Below are positions 36,009 through 45,739 of a DNA stretch of 64,000 nt, piece after piece (position 1 is the stretch's first letter; the number at the start of each line of letters is the position of its first letter). This stretch comes from Clostridia bacterium. Lineage in GTDB: Bacteria; Bacillota; Clostridia; Oscillospirales; CAG-272. Where the stretch lies: the NCBI GenBank assembly GCA_017455975.1, contig JAFTLK010000013.1, positions 13,362 to 77,361 on the forward strand, in the 5' to 3' direction. The notes under the pieces are model-generated. The model worked only from the letters and a program-made list of their open reading frames with translations. It was not told the DNA's origin and ran no database searches. Made by a program: the position numbers and the translations under genes.

Positions 36009-36029
36009 TGATACGAAAGGAAACTGCGC

Positions 36030-37217
36030 ATGGAAAACTCCATCCGTTCCGTCATGGAATACATTTGCTCCTCACTTGCATATGAGAAAATCACCTTCTC
36101 AAAGTGCCGCGATCCCCATATTCTGCGGGCATCGGTGACACCGTTTGCGCGCCGCGGAGAAGCCTATATTCAGATTGAAACCTTCACCGATGACGGCAAA
36201 GCGCTCCATCGCAATTTGGCAGCATCGGAAGCGGCAGAGGTACTGTGTGAGATGGCAGAGCGGCAGTACAGGCAGACCAACATCCACACCGCACAGGGCG
36301 ACTGCGAGATCCGCTTCTCCAAAAAGGAACAGTGCACGATCCTCAACCGCATCAAGACCTCCTCCACCGTGACTCCGCGCACCCTGACTGCACACAACAA
36401 AAAGAAGCAGTACCTGCTCGATCCCACCGCCGATGACGGTGCGCGCGCGTTTCTCTACCACCTCGGCATCACCGACGAGGGTGGAAGAATTTTAGACAAA
36501 AAGCGTCCGAAGTACCGCCAGATCAACCGCTTTTTAGAGCTGGTCGATGACATCTACGACACACTGCCGTCCGGCGGCACCATCGTCATCTACGATCTCT
36601 GCTGCGGCAAAAGCTATCTGACCTTTGCGGTCTACCATTATTTTACTGCGATCAAGGGACGTACCGTCAAAATGCACGGCGTTGACTTAAAGCCCGATGT
36701 CATCGCCTACTGCAATGAAACAGCCTCGGCGCTTGGCATGACGGCGCTGTCGTTCTCCTGCGGCGACATCAATGCCTACGAGCCGCCCGCAGGGGAAACA
36801 CCCGATCTGGTGCTGTCCCTGCACGCCTGCGACATCGCAACGGACATTGTTCTCAAAAACGCCGTCCGCTTCGGTGCCAAAGCCGTCCTTTCCACGCCGT
36901 GCTGTCACCATGAGGTGTTCCACGCGATGAACTCCGAGCAGCTTGCGTTCATCAACCGCCATTCGATGCTGTCGCAGAAGCTGGCCGACGCTGCAACGGA
37001 TGCCCTGCGCTGTCTGTGGCTGGAGCTGCACGACTACGATGTGCAGACGATGGAGCTGATCGACCCCGAGGAAACACCGAAAAACATGATGATCCGTGCA
37101 CTCAAGCGCAAAAAGCCGCATACGCCTGCCGAAAAAGAAGCCATGCAGGCGGAATACCATGCTGCATGTGCGCTGATCGGATGTGTGCCGTATCTTGGGC
37201 GGAAGCAGGAAATATAA
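36030..37217 (+). CDS. class I SAM-dependent methyltransferase, substrate unknown
   Basis: 395 aa. Motif I-like is VIYDLCCGKSYLTFAVY; acidic-loop GVDLKPDV; LSLHACD. Confidence 0.6.
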   Translation: MENSIRSVMEYICSSLAYEKITFSKCRDPHILRASVTPFARRGEAYIQIETFTDDGKALHRNLAASEAAEVLCEMAERQYRQTNIHTAQGDCEIRFSKKEQCTILNRIKTSSTVTPRTLTAHNKKKQYLLDPTADDGARAFLYHLGITDEGGRILDKKRPKYRQINRFLELVDDIYDTLPSGGTIVIYDLCCGKSYLTFAVYHYFTAIKGRTVKMHGVDLKPDVIAYCNETASALGMTALSFSCGDINAYEPPAGETPDLVLSLHACDIATDIVLKNAVRFGAKAVLSTPCCHHEVFHAMNSEQLAFINRHSMLSQKLADAATDALRCLWLELHDYDVQTMELIDPEETPKNMMIRALKRKKPHTPAEKEAMQAEYHAACALIGCVPYLGRKQEI

Positions 37218-37235
37218 TGTCTTCTGTTTTATACT

Positions 37236-37372
37236 GTAGGGACAGGCGTCCTCGACTGTCCCCAAAATATAATCAGCCCGCATTTCTGCAAAGAAATGAT
37301 ATCAGAAGAAATCAGATACGGTTTGAAGGCAGAGCATGCCGGATCGGGACAGTCGGGGACGCCTGTCCCTAC
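37236..37372. repeat. inverted pair of REP-like hairpin elements (BIME-like)
   Basis: GTAGGGACAGGCGTCCTCGACTGTCCC (37236-37262) and GGGACAGTCGGGGACGCCTGTCCCTAC (37346-37372) are reverse complements with 1 mismatch. Each arm is itself a GGGACAG/CTGTCCC hairpin. Confidence 0.8.
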
Positions 37373-37413
37373 AACAAACCAGATGTCCGATTTTCATCAA
37401 AATCTACAAACAA

Positions 37414-37447
37414 GGGAATCTCCAAACCGTTCTTCGGTGGAGATTCC
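37414..37447. terminator. terminator hairpin between convergent methyltransferase and PBP genes
   Basis: Stem GGAATCTCCA (37415-37424) / TGGAGATTCC (37438-37447), with T-rich sequence on both sides. Confidence 0.6.
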
Positions 37448-37454
37448 CCATTTT

Positions 37455-39611
37455 TCATTTTCCAAACCACTCGTCAAACACATCGCGTACGCAAAGCCCT
37501 GCAGAAGTACCCGACGCACCGTTTTCGATGATGGATACGGCAAGCAGCTGCGGGTTGTTCAGCGGCGCAAAGCCTGCAAACACGGCATTGGGGCTTCCGC
37601 CGTCACCGACCTCGGCAGTACCGGTTTTGGCACCGACCGAAACACCGTAGCCGCGGAAGACGCGCGTTGCAGAACCGTTCTCGGCGACCTCGCGCATCGC
37701 GTCAATCAGTGTCGCATGGGTTTCCTCATCGAGCGCGATCTTATCAAGCACCGTTCCGACCAGAGAAAAGCGGGGCTTCGGATTGTCATGCTCGGCAATT
37801 CCCTTGACATAATGCGCCTGATAGCGTGTTCCGCCGTTGACAAGCGTGGACAGATAGACCGCCAGCTGCATCGGGGTATAGGCGTTGTAGCCCTGCCCGA
37901 TGGATGTCTGCAGTGTATCGGCACCGACCCACGGCAATCCTCTGGAATCGGTATATGCCTTGGAGGACAGAATCCCCGCCGCTTCGGGAAGCTCAACACC
38001 GGTCTTCTGACCGAGACCGAGCGAGGACATGAATGAGGACAGCTTGGAGATGCCGAGCTGCCGTCCGACATCAAAGAAGAAGTAGTTGCACGAATCGCGC
38101 AGGGCTTCCGTGACATTGATCGGACCGTGCGACAGTCCTGTTCTTGTAAACAGCCAGCAGCGCGGCTGATAGTCGTCATAATAGGTATAAACACCCTTGG
38201 TGTCGATCCGCGTATCGGGTTCGATGATGCCGTCTTCCATGGCCGCCGCCGCGACACCGACCTTGAATACAGAGCCGGGCGCATATGTTCCCATCAGCGC
38301 ACGGTTATACAGCGGAAGCAGCGGATCGGCAGACAGCGCGGTATAATCGTATGCCGTCAAGTCAAACGTCGGATAGGAGGCAGACGCCAGAATTGAGCCG
38401 TTGTCGGGGTCCATGACGACCAGCGCCCCGGCGTTGGCATCCTCGCCGTTCTGTTCTTCGCCGGAGGACAGCGCCGATTCCACGATATAGGCAATGTTGT
38501 CCGCCAGCGCCTGCTCTGCTTTGATCTGCAGGTTGATATCGACGGTCAGATAGACATCCTTTCCGGGGATGGCTTCCTTGAGTACGGTCTGCCGCAGGAT
38601 GCTGCCCTGTGCGTCCTCTTCGATCAGCATGGTGCCGTCTGTGCCGCGCAGCGCTTCCTCCATCGCGCCCTCAATGCCGTCGATGCCGACCACCGCATCC
38701 AGAGGATAACCCAGTGCGGTATAATAATCGACTTTGGAGGCCTGAATGGGACCTGTACGGCCGAGGATGTGCGATGCATATCCGGGGTAACAGTATTCGC
38801 GGTCGGTCTGCACGCGGAAGGTTACGCCGCGCAGGTTCTGCTCCCTGATCGGTGTGATCAGCGAAAGATCTGTGTCATCGGCCAGACGGTAGGGGGTGGC
38901 TGCATCGAAGGTCAAGACCTCCAGATCGTATCGGATGCATGCGATGCGATATGCCATATGGCTGTCGTAAAGCAGCGTTTTCGACGTTTCTGTTTCCGGG
39001 GCGCCGATGACCTCGGTTTCCGCCTCTTCGTACAGATGATAGCGGCTGTACATGGCATCGAGCACATCACCTGCCGCAAGCGATTCCGTGCCGTCCAGAC
39101 CGATCGTTGTCAGATATTCCTCAAAACGTGCTCTTGCCGCCGAGGATACCGTTTCCGGCTTCAGAAAATACAGATACCGATCGTCGGCATATCCCCATGT
39201 GATCGGCAGGGAAGAGGTGCGGATTGCGTCTCCGCTCTCATCGAGCAGGGTCAGCAGTGTGTAAAGCAGTGCATTGGCTGCTGCATCATCGGTCGGAAAG
39301 GACGCGGCATCCAGCTCCAGTTGATGGCGCATGACATCCTGCACCAGCGGCACACCGTTGGTGTCGAGAATGGAGCCGCGGCGCGCCTTGATGCTGACCG
39401 TACGGCGGGTGACGGCGACGCGCTCACCGCCGATGGTCACGGTGGTTCCCTCGGGCGGCGTCAGCTGCATCGAGACGAGCCGTACCGTATAAAACCCGAT
39501 GACCGACAGAAACAGCATTGCCAGAATGAGATAACGGAGGACACCCTCTTTGCGTGATTTGGTGCGGGCGGGAGACGTTTTTTGCTTATCTTTTGCCGGT
39601 GTCTTCGCCAT
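37455..39611 (-). CDS. penicillin-binding protein 2 (class B transpeptidase)
   Basis: AGGAGG RBS 8 nt before the ATG at 39611 (MAKTPAKDKQ...). TM anchor. Motifs SVFK (SxxK), SCN (SxN) and KTGT. Confidence 0.85.
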   Translation of the reverse strand: MAKTPAKDKQKTSPARTKSRKEGVLRYLILAMLFLSVIGFYTVRLVSMQLTPPEGTTVTIGGERVAVTRRTVSIKARRGSILDTNGVPLVQDVMRHQLELDAASFPTDDAAANALLYTLLTLLDESGDAIRTSSLPITWGYADDRYLYFLKPETVSSAARARFEEYLTTIGLDGTESLAAGDVLDAMYSRYHLYEEAETEVIGAPETETSKTLLYDSHMAYRIACIRYDLEVLTFDAATPYRLADDTDLSLITPIREQNLRGVTFRVQTDREYCYPGYASHILGRTGPIQASKVDYYTALGYPLDAVVGIDGIEGAMEEALRGTDGTMLIEEDAQGSILRQTVLKEAIPGKDVYLTVDINLQIKAEQALADNIAYIVESALSSGEEQNGEDANAGALVVMDPDNGSILASASYPTFDLTAYDYTALSADPLLPLYNRALMGTYAPGSVFKVGVAAAAMEDGIIEPDTRIDTKGVYTYYDDYQPRCWLFTRTGLSHGPINVTEALRDSCNYFFFDVGRQLGISKLSSFMSSLGLGQKTGVELPEAAGILSSKAYTDSRGLPWVGADTLQTSIGQGYNAYTPMQLAVYLSTLVNGGTRYQAHYVKGIAEHDNPKPRFSLVGTVLDKIALDEETHATLIDAMREVAENGSATRVFRGYGVSVGAKTGTAEVGDGGSPNAVFAGFAPLNNPQLLAVSIIENGASGTSAGLCVRDVFDEWFGK

Positions 39612-39636
39612 GGGCATGTCCTCCTTTCGATGATAT

Positions 39637-41499
39637 TTACAGATCTTCTTCCCGTGCGATGACCGCATTCATGACATCGTTGGCATAAAAATCGGACAGG
39701 ATCCAGAAGCTTCCGTCGGGGTCGATGACCGTATCATCGGTATACGTCACTGCGAGCTCATTGATGGCATCGATCATCGCATCGGGCAGAAGCATGGCCG
39801 TCTGACACAGGGTCTGGAATTCGGCCTGCTCGCGGCAGATGATATGCTTGAGCGCGGTATAATAAAGGTCATTGAGATGACGCACGAAGTTTTCGTAGGG
39901 ATCGTCGCAGGTGATGTCCTCCTGCTCCTCTGCGGCGGCTGCGGGCGGTGCGGAGGGAGGTACGTCTTCTGTTGGAGACGGCGTATCCGGCACGGATACC
40001 TCCGCCTGCGGGTGCGTGTCGGCGGCGGAGACCTCCTCTGGGACAAGCAGCTCGGTGTTTGCCCATGATGTCACCTCAAGGGCAAGTGCCGCCTCGGGTG
40101 ACAGGTCGGTTGACAGCGGTTCATACAGCGCGGCATACGCCGATTCTTCCTGTCTGCGTGCGATCTCGTCCTTTTGTGCCTTGGTCTGTACAGGCTTTCT
40201 CGGTGCCTTCTGCGGCGGCGGCAGCTCACGCGCAAAGTAATCCTTTACATAGGTTTTGAGTACTTCCGGAACACCGGATGCATTGAGCCGTGCCTTGATA
40301 CCGTAATGCGCACGGATGCAGTTTTCTGCGAGCTTGAACAGATCCGACAGAATGAATTTCAGCTGGTACGAGCGCGACAGCGACAGATACCGCACATCGA
40401 TGCGGCGTTTGCAGGAATACGTACAGAGTGCACCGGAGAAGGCGTTGCGCGATTGCTGCACCTCTGAAAAGCCGAGCAGGGAAACGAAATCCGGGTCGGT
40501 TTTCCAAGCGTGATGCAGTGCGCCGAGGACAGAAGCATACATGTGTGTTTCAAACACGGTGCGGTTATCCGGCGTCAGATACTTGGATTGCCGCCAGTTG
40601 TGTGTTGACAGCACGTCACACAGCTGCGGGGTGATCGGACATTCGTCGGCGGCGTTGAAATGGATATAGAATTCCCGGAAGGTCAGAATGGTGACCAGCG
40701 TCGGCAAAATGGACGAGAGCTGCTGCAGCGGTGCGGGCAGTGCATGGATCAGGCAGTAGTCACAGACCCATTCCCCAAGGTATCTGTCCAGCCGCGGGAA
40801 CTGCTCACGGTACGCAAGCCACAGATCGCACAGGATCGCAAGTCCCTGCACCGGCTTGATCTTTTCGGGCAGGTTGAGGATCTCGTAGATATATAAGAAA
40901 ATATAACTGTAGTCGGTGGACAGATACACACCGTGGCGCACATTGTCGCGCCAATAGAGATACCACCGCAGCTGATCCTGCGACATCTGGCTGTACTGCG
41001 GCATGTAGGCAAAGAAATTGACAAACGGGACCTCCGCCGAGGTTCGGTTGAAATACCGCTCGGCATCCGCCGTGAAGCGCTCATAATACTGATACCGCTG
41101 GGGCCACCGGAAAACCGAAACCTGTTTTATCATGCTGTTCTCCGGTGTATAGCTGCAGACCGGCTGTGCCATCTGCGGGGAAACGTCCCCCGGTGTATTG
41201 CCGTGGGACGGCATCGGTGATGTTCTGCTGCGGTCGGGGTTGCGGGCGGCACCATTGCGGTACTGCGCGGCGCGCTGCATCCGCGATGTGATATTCGGCA
41301 TCGGCGGGATGTGCAGCTCCCGTGCATCGTCCTGCTCCTCCTCACCAAAGGCAATTTCCACAGCCTCGGTATCGCGCGGACCGTCGGTCGTGGTCGGCGC
41401 CTGTCGAAGTACGGATTGCGGGAGCATGCTGTCAAGATCCCAGAAATCGTCACGCATTTCCCGCTGTTCTGTTTTTTTGTTGTCCGTCTTATCGCTCAT
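39637..41499 (-). CDS. TerB-N / TerB-C domain-containing protein
   Basis: 620 aa. QLRWYLYWRDNVRHGVYLSTDYSYIFLYIYEILN matches the TerB N-terminal domain pattern. Acidic Pro-rich linker and TerB-C-like C-terminus. Confidence 0.55.
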   Translation of the reverse strand: MSDKTDNKKTEQREMRDDFWDLDSMLPQSVLRQAPTTTDGPRDTEAVEIAFGEEEQDDARELHIPPMPNITSRMQRAAQYRNGAARNPDRSRTSPMPSHGNTPGDVSPQMAQPVCSYTPENSMIKQVSVFRWPQRYQYYERFTADAERYFNRTSAEVPFVNFFAYMPQYSQMSQDQLRWYLYWRDNVRHGVYLSTDYSYIFLYIYEILNLPEKIKPVQGLAILCDLWLAYREQFPRLDRYLGEWVCDYCLIHALPAPLQQLSSILPTLVTILTFREFYIHFNAADECPITPQLCDVLSTHNWRQSKYLTPDNRTVFETHMYASVLGALHHAWKTDPDFVSLLGFSEVQQSRNAFSGALCTYSCKRRIDVRYLSLSRSYQLKFILSDLFKLAENCIRAHYGIKARLNASGVPEVLKTYVKDYFARELPPPQKAPRKPVQTKAQKDEIARRQEESAYAALYEPLSTDLSPEAALALEVTSWANTELLVPEEVSAADTHPQAEVSVPDTPSPTEDVPPSAPPAAAAEEQEDITCDDPYENFVRHLNDLYYTALKHIICREQAEFQTLCQTAMLLPDAMIDAINELAVTYTDDTVIDPDGSFWILSDFYANDVMNAVIAREEDL

Positions 41500-41619
41500 T
41501 GCCGTCTGACCGTCCTTTCTCCAAAAAGGTTTCTTATCTTATTATTGTACCATGGAATGAACGGAAAGTCAACGGAAGTTTGTTAAAATTGTGTGATTTG
41601 CATTTCCTGCCAAAATATC

Positions 41620-41645
41620 AAAACCACCGGCTGTCCGGTGGTTTT
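41620..41645. terminator. terminator hairpin downstream of the solute-binding-protein gene
   Basis: Stem AAAACCACCGG (41620-41630) / CCGGTGGTTTT (41635-41645). Confidence 0.7.
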
Positions 41646-41658
41646 GAATGCATGAACA

Positions 41659-43140
41659 TCAATATTCATCAAGAATCTTCTTGGATTTTTCGACTGCCTT
41701 TTCAATGCCCTTTTGTTGGGATGCAACCGTGGACGCAAAGGTGTTGGTTCCGGTGTTCAGGGACAGCAGCGGGATGTTGATCGGGTACGACCAGGATTCA
41801 TAGATTGCAAAGCACGGGTCGTAATACATTGTATCCAGTACAATGTTGATCATTTCGGCAGATTCCTCGTCGCGGATATAACGGTTTTCCAGATACGTTT
41901 CCGCAAAGGTCGGCTCAACATCAACGTAAGAAAGGAACGACAGTGCATCGAGCACAATACCGATGTCCTCGTCCGACGCCGTTGTGACACGCGGAATACA
42001 CAGCGCACTGGTATGCCAGAGGTTGGTCATCGTGCGGTAGTTGTCCTGTTCGCGGCTGTACTTGGGCATCGGAAGGACAGCATAATCGTCCTCCATGTTC
42101 GTGTAAGCGGAGAAGTTGCCCGGGAATTCCAGCATGAACAGCGATTCGCCGTTCAAAAACTTCGAGCCCCAGTAATCCCAGTCAATGCCGTCGTACAAAC
42201 CGACACAGTAAACATACGTCTCATCGTTGAAAAGGTTAAAGAGCGTCTCAAACTTATTGGTATTTTCCTCGTTGTTCAACGTAAAGACCGGCATATCGTC
42301 GGCATCCTTTTCAAAGAACGTCATACCGCACGCGATGGAAGCGGCGGCAACGTCCTGTGCCTGACCGACCAGACCGACAATGTCGGTGTGATCCATCTTG
42401 CCGTCACCGTTGGAGTCAGTCGGCAGCTGCTTCATCATGGTGTGCATCATTTCCCATGTCCACGCGCCGTCGCGAACCGCCTGATACGGCACCTCCAGAT
42501 CGAGATCTTCGGCAATACGCTTGTTCATCATAACCAGTTCACAGACGGTATCGGCACGGTGACAGAGTGCGGACAGACCGCAGTACCGGACACCGCCGAA
42601 GGACATATTCAGATTGGCCGTCTGATTCCACCACGGCTGATCGAGCTGCAATGCGGAAAATTCATTGAGATCGCGCAGATAGCTGCCGGAGAACATGGAT
42701 GCGATCATATACGTACGTGTAGAGACGACATCGTATGCACCGTCGCCGGACATGACACTCTGCTTGACCTTGGTCGGGGTATTGGCTTCGCTGTCCTCGG
42801 GCAGATCGACGATTTTGTAACCGAGTTTTTCTTCAATTTCAATATTGCGGCGATACATGGCATCGTTGAGTTTTTCACCGTTTTCCGCCTCAACTGCAAT
42901 ATCACCGGTATCGGAGATAAAGGTGATGGTGATGGGTTCATCGGGCAGTGTGCGGTTCAGTGCCGCATAATAGTCCGTTTTCTGTTGGATGCGCGGGTCG
43001 ACCGCTTCCGTGGTCTGCGCCGCTGTTTCCGTGCCGGCATTGCCGGTATCCACGGCGGAGGTATCACCGTCGCCGCTGCATGCGGTCATGGTTTGTGCAA
43101 GCACGAGCAGTGCAAGCAATGTTTGCAGTGTTTTCTTCAT
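41659..43140 (-). CDS. ABC-transporter extracellular solute-binding lipoprotein (sugar type), orphan
   Basis: AAAGGGA RBS before the ATG at 43140. Lipobox LAQTMTACSG. Paralog of ORF 20008-21495. Confidence 0.7.
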   Translation of the reverse strand: MKKTLQTLLALLVLAQTMTACSGDGDTSAVDTGNAGTETAAQTTEAVDPRIQQKTDYYAALNRTLPDEPITITFISDTGDIAVEAENGEKLNDAMYRRNIEIEEKLGYKIVDLPEDSEANTPTKVKQSVMSGDGAYDVVSTRTYMIASMFSGSYLRDLNEFSALQLDQPWWNQTANLNMSFGGVRYCGLSALCHRADTVCELVMMNKRIAEDLDLEVPYQAVRDGAWTWEMMHTMMKQLPTDSNGDGKMDHTDIVGLVGQAQDVAAASIACGMTFFEKDADDMPVFTLNNEENTNKFETLFNLFNDETYVYCVGLYDGIDWDYWGSKFLNGESLFMLEFPGNFSAYTNMEDDYAVLPMPKYSREQDNYRTMTNLWHTSALCIPRVTTASDEDIGIVLDALSFLSYVDVEPTFAETYLENRYIRDEESAEMINIVLDTMYYDPCFAIYESWSYPINIPLLSLNTGTNTFASTVASQQKGIEKAVEKSKKILDEY

Positions 43141-43185
43141 GTTATGTCCCTTTCTCTCTGATTGTTCCACTTGTCTGTAGCAATG

Positions 43186-44046
43186 TTACATGGTTTCGGC
43201 AATACGGTCAAGATACTGCATCGCAATCCGCACACCGTCCTCAAACGGCTCGGGATGGCACAGTTCCAGCGCATAAGCACCGTCGTAGCCAACATCGTGC
43301 AGTACCTTCATGCAGGCGGGAATGTCGATGATACCCGCGCCGACCGTCGTGTCGCGCAGATACTGTCCGTGCGCCGTCGGATACCAGCCACCTACGGGAA
43401 CCGCACCGTCAAAGTTTTTGCGCAGATAGTCCTTGACGTGGACATGGCGGATATCGGATGCAAACGCCGTAAGGAACGCCGCCGGGTCTTCGTCGACAAA
43501 CAGAATGTTGCCGAAATCCCCGCAGACACCGGTGTTGTCACAGACGCGGTGCACCTCGCGATAAAACCGTCCGAACGGTTCGACACCGTTTGCATACATG
43601 CCCTGATCCTCATAGATACAGGTTACGCCGAGCGGCTTGGCACGGCTTGCAATGCGGATGGCGGCAGCGGTAATTTCGTCGAGAACCGCATCCATCGCAG
43701 GCGCATCGGCAGACTTTGTCAGCCCGGTTTTCAGCGTATGATGCAGATACGGACAGCCGAGCGCCGCCGCGATCTCTGCGTGATGCACAAGCGCATCCTC
43801 CGCTGTCGGATTGCCGTATACATCGCATCCGACGGAATAGCAGGCGACGGTAATTCCGTTTGCATCAAAGATGCGTTTTACTTCTTTGGCTGTTTGGATA
43901 TCCGGAATCACACGCGGATGACCCGCGCCGATGCTTTCAAGAACCTCAACCGAGGAAAAGCCGAGTGCCTTTGCATATGCGGCAGTTTTTTCCGCGCCGT
44001 CGCGTTCCAGCATTTCGATAAAGTATGTATAGAATGTATAATTCAT
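43186..44046 (-). CDS. sugar phosphate isomerase/epimerase (xylose-isomerase-like TIM barrel)
   Basis: 286 aa. Typical AP-endonuclease-2/TIM pattern (GFSSVE..., YEDQGMY, HVHVKD, ALEL). Confidence 0.65.
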   Translation of the reverse strand: MNYTFYTYFIEMLERDGAEKTAAYAKALGFSSVEVLESIGAGHPRVIPDIQTAKEVKRIFDANGITVACYSVGCDVYGNPTAEDALVHHAEIAAALGCPYLHHTLKTGLTKSADAPAMDAVLDEITAAAIRIASRAKPLGVTCIYEDQGMYANGVEPFGRFYREVHRVCDNTGVCGDFGNILFVDEDPAAFLTAFASDIRHVHVKDYLRKNFDGAVPVGGWYPTAHGQYLRDTTVGAGIIDIPACMKVLHDVGYDGAYALELCHPEPFEDGVRIAMQYLDRIAETM

Positions 44047-44143
44047 CGGTAATTTTCCTCTCTGTCTGTTTTATTATTCGTTGTATTTATTATATAACGA
44101 AAGGGTGTAAATGTCAACCGCAATCCGAATTTTCGATCTCCGA

Positions 44144-44172
44144 TTGACAGAAAAACGCAGGTATGATATAAT
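44144..44172 (+). promoter_or_regulatory. sigma-70-type promoter of the GH16 gene
   Basis: TTGACA (44144-44149), 17 nt, TATAAT (44167-44172). Exact consensus. Confidence 0.7.
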
Positions 44173-44202
44173 AAGAAAAAACAAACAAAGGGGACACCTG
44201 CC

Positions 44203-45069
44203 ATGAAATCCAAACTGTTTCGCATTCTTCCGCTGCTGCTGTGCGGCGCCTTACTGATCGGCTGCGGCGGTACCGCTTCTTCTGCTGATACAACCGCTTC
44301 AACCGACACCGGGACTGCGGCACCGACAGAGACCGCCCTGCAGACCGAAGCTGTCACAGAAGAGCCGCAATCCAATCTGCTGTTTGAGGACAACTTCGAC
44401 GGCACGGAGCTTGACGACAGCAACTGGGAGCTTTGTCCCGAATGGGAACGTCAGGGGACATACTGCATCTGGGACAACGGAATGACCTCGCTGGACGGTG
44501 AGGGACATCTCGTTCTGCGTGCGGAATGGGATGCCGAAAACAACCGCGTCAAGTCGGGTGCTGTGCGTACCAACGGCCGTTTTTGGGGTGACTACGGCTA
44601 TTACGAAGCCGCAATCAAATTCCCGGTTGCGCCCGGTACATGGGGTGCGTTCTGGATGATGTGCGGGGACGTCAGCGGCGAAGACCTCGGCGCGGAGGAC
44701 GGCGTGGAAATCGACATCATCGAATCGATCGGCAATGACTGGGGTGCTTCCAACCACGCCCTGCACTGGGACGGCTACGGTGACAACCACAAGCAGTTAA
44801 GCTCGGGTGAGCTTTACTACGGTCTCTATGACGGCAATTTCCACACCTTCGGTCTGGAACGCACCGAAGAAGCGTATGTCTTCTATATCGACGGCAAGGA
44901 ATCCTGGCGCGTCACGCCCGATCAGTGTGCACCGTGTCCGGAATACGGCTACATGAAGCTGACAATTGAAGCCGCCGAGTGGGCAGGCGCCGGTACGGAT
45001 GCCAGTATCAGCGCGCTCCCCGGTGAAATGCTCGTCGATTATGTCCGCGTTTACAGAGAAAAACCGTAA
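44203..45069 (+). CDS. GH16 beta-glucanase-like lipoprotein
   Basis: Lipobox LLIGCGG. GH16 catalytic motif EIDIIE (ExDxxE) preceded by GTWGAFWMM. Confidence 0.8.
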   Translation: MKSKLFRILPLLLCGALLIGCGGTASSADTTASTDTGTAAPTETALQTEAVTEEPQSNLLFEDNFDGTELDDSNWELCPEWERQGTYCIWDNGMTSLDGEGHLVLRAEWDAENNRVKSGAVRTNGRFWGDYGYYEAAIKFPVAPGTWGAFWMMCGDVSGEDLGAEDGVEIDIIESIGNDWGASNHALHWDGYGDNHKQLSSGELYYGLYDGNFHTFGLERTEEAYVFYIDGKESWRVTPDQCAPCPEYGYMKLTIEAAEWAGAGTDASISALPGEMLVDYVRVYREKP

Positions 45070-45104
45070 CCCTCGATCCTTGCAATATCCATCATAAAAC
45101 AGCA

Positions 45105-45160
45105 AAACGCTGTCGGAAGTCCCGGAACTGCATTTTCCGGGTCCGACAGCGTTTGTTTTT
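45105..45160. terminator. bidirectional terminator hairpin
   Basis: Stem AAACGCTGTCGGA (45105-45117) / TCCGACAGCGTTT (45142-45153) followed by GTTTTT. It contains an inner CCCGGAA...TTCCGGG hairpin. Confidence 0.7.
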
Positions 45161-45163
45161 CAA

Positions 45164-45586
45164 TCAGTGTTTGCAAGCTCCGCCGCAGCTGTGTCCGTGA
45201 CCGTCATGTTCGCCATGGCCGCCGCAGTTGTGTCCATCACCGTGTCCTTCACCGTGATGATTGCAGCGGACATCGGGATCGTAGGCAAGGGTTCCATCGA
45301 CAAAGGCCTTTGCTGCTGCATCGGCATCACCTGTGACGCCGCCGTACAGCTGAATGCCGGCTTGGGCGAGTGCTTCCTGTGCACCGCCGCCGATCCCGCC
45401 GCAGATCAGTGCATCCGCGCCGATTCCGGCAAGGAAGCCGGCAAGTGCGCCGTGTCCCTGTCCGAGGGTCGGCATGATGCGGGAGGAGACGATGACGCCG
45501 TCCTCGATCTCATAGACCTTAAAGGCTTTGGTATGGCCGAAATGACCGAAAATCTGACCGTTTTCGTATGTGATTGCAAGTTTCAT
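45164..45586 (-). CDS. NifB/NifX-type dinitrogenase FeMo-cofactor-binding domain protein with a His/Gly/Cys-rich tail
   Basis: 140 aa. MKLAITYENGQIFGHFGHTKAFKVYEI is typical of the family. Tail is CNHHGEGHGDGHNCGGHGEHDGHGHSCGGACKH. Confidence 0.7.
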   Translation of the reverse strand: MKLAITYENGQIFGHFGHTKAFKVYEIEDGVIVSSRIMPTLGQGHGALAGFLAGIGADALICGGIGGGAQEALAQAGIQLYGGVTGDADAAAKAFVDGTLAYDPDVRCNHHGEGHGDGHNCGGHGEHDGHGHSCGGACKH

Positions 45587-45739
45587 TATGATTACCGTGG
45601 CTTTCGCTTGTCGAAAGCCTTCCTTTCAAGAATTTCGTCCCGAACTTCGGGAATTGGGGCAGGGTTTTGAATGCGGTATGATCGCGGCAAAATCGATGAT
45701 GAAAACATCGAAAGCCGCAAAACCCGCGTGAAAAATTTA

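Noticed and set aside
35663-36085. A 140-aa ORF with an internal 31-aa repeat (FPTKQVDILHFTKKQAKRTFFVG...)
   Set aside because: It is the translation of the 93-bp tandem repeat, the REP-like element and a terminator hairpin. It has no RBS, and an equally long repeat-derived ORF exists on the opposite strand.
45708-45736. A shared ~29-nt motif TCGAAAGC(CG/AT)CAAAACCCGCGTG(-/G)AAAAAT at 45708-45736 and 58459-58487, which also shares the 8-mer CGCGTGAA with the CRISPR repeat
   Set aside because: There are only two copies, with differences and no obvious secondary structure. The 8-mer overlap with the repeat is short enough to be chance. A genome-wide count would be needed before making any claim.
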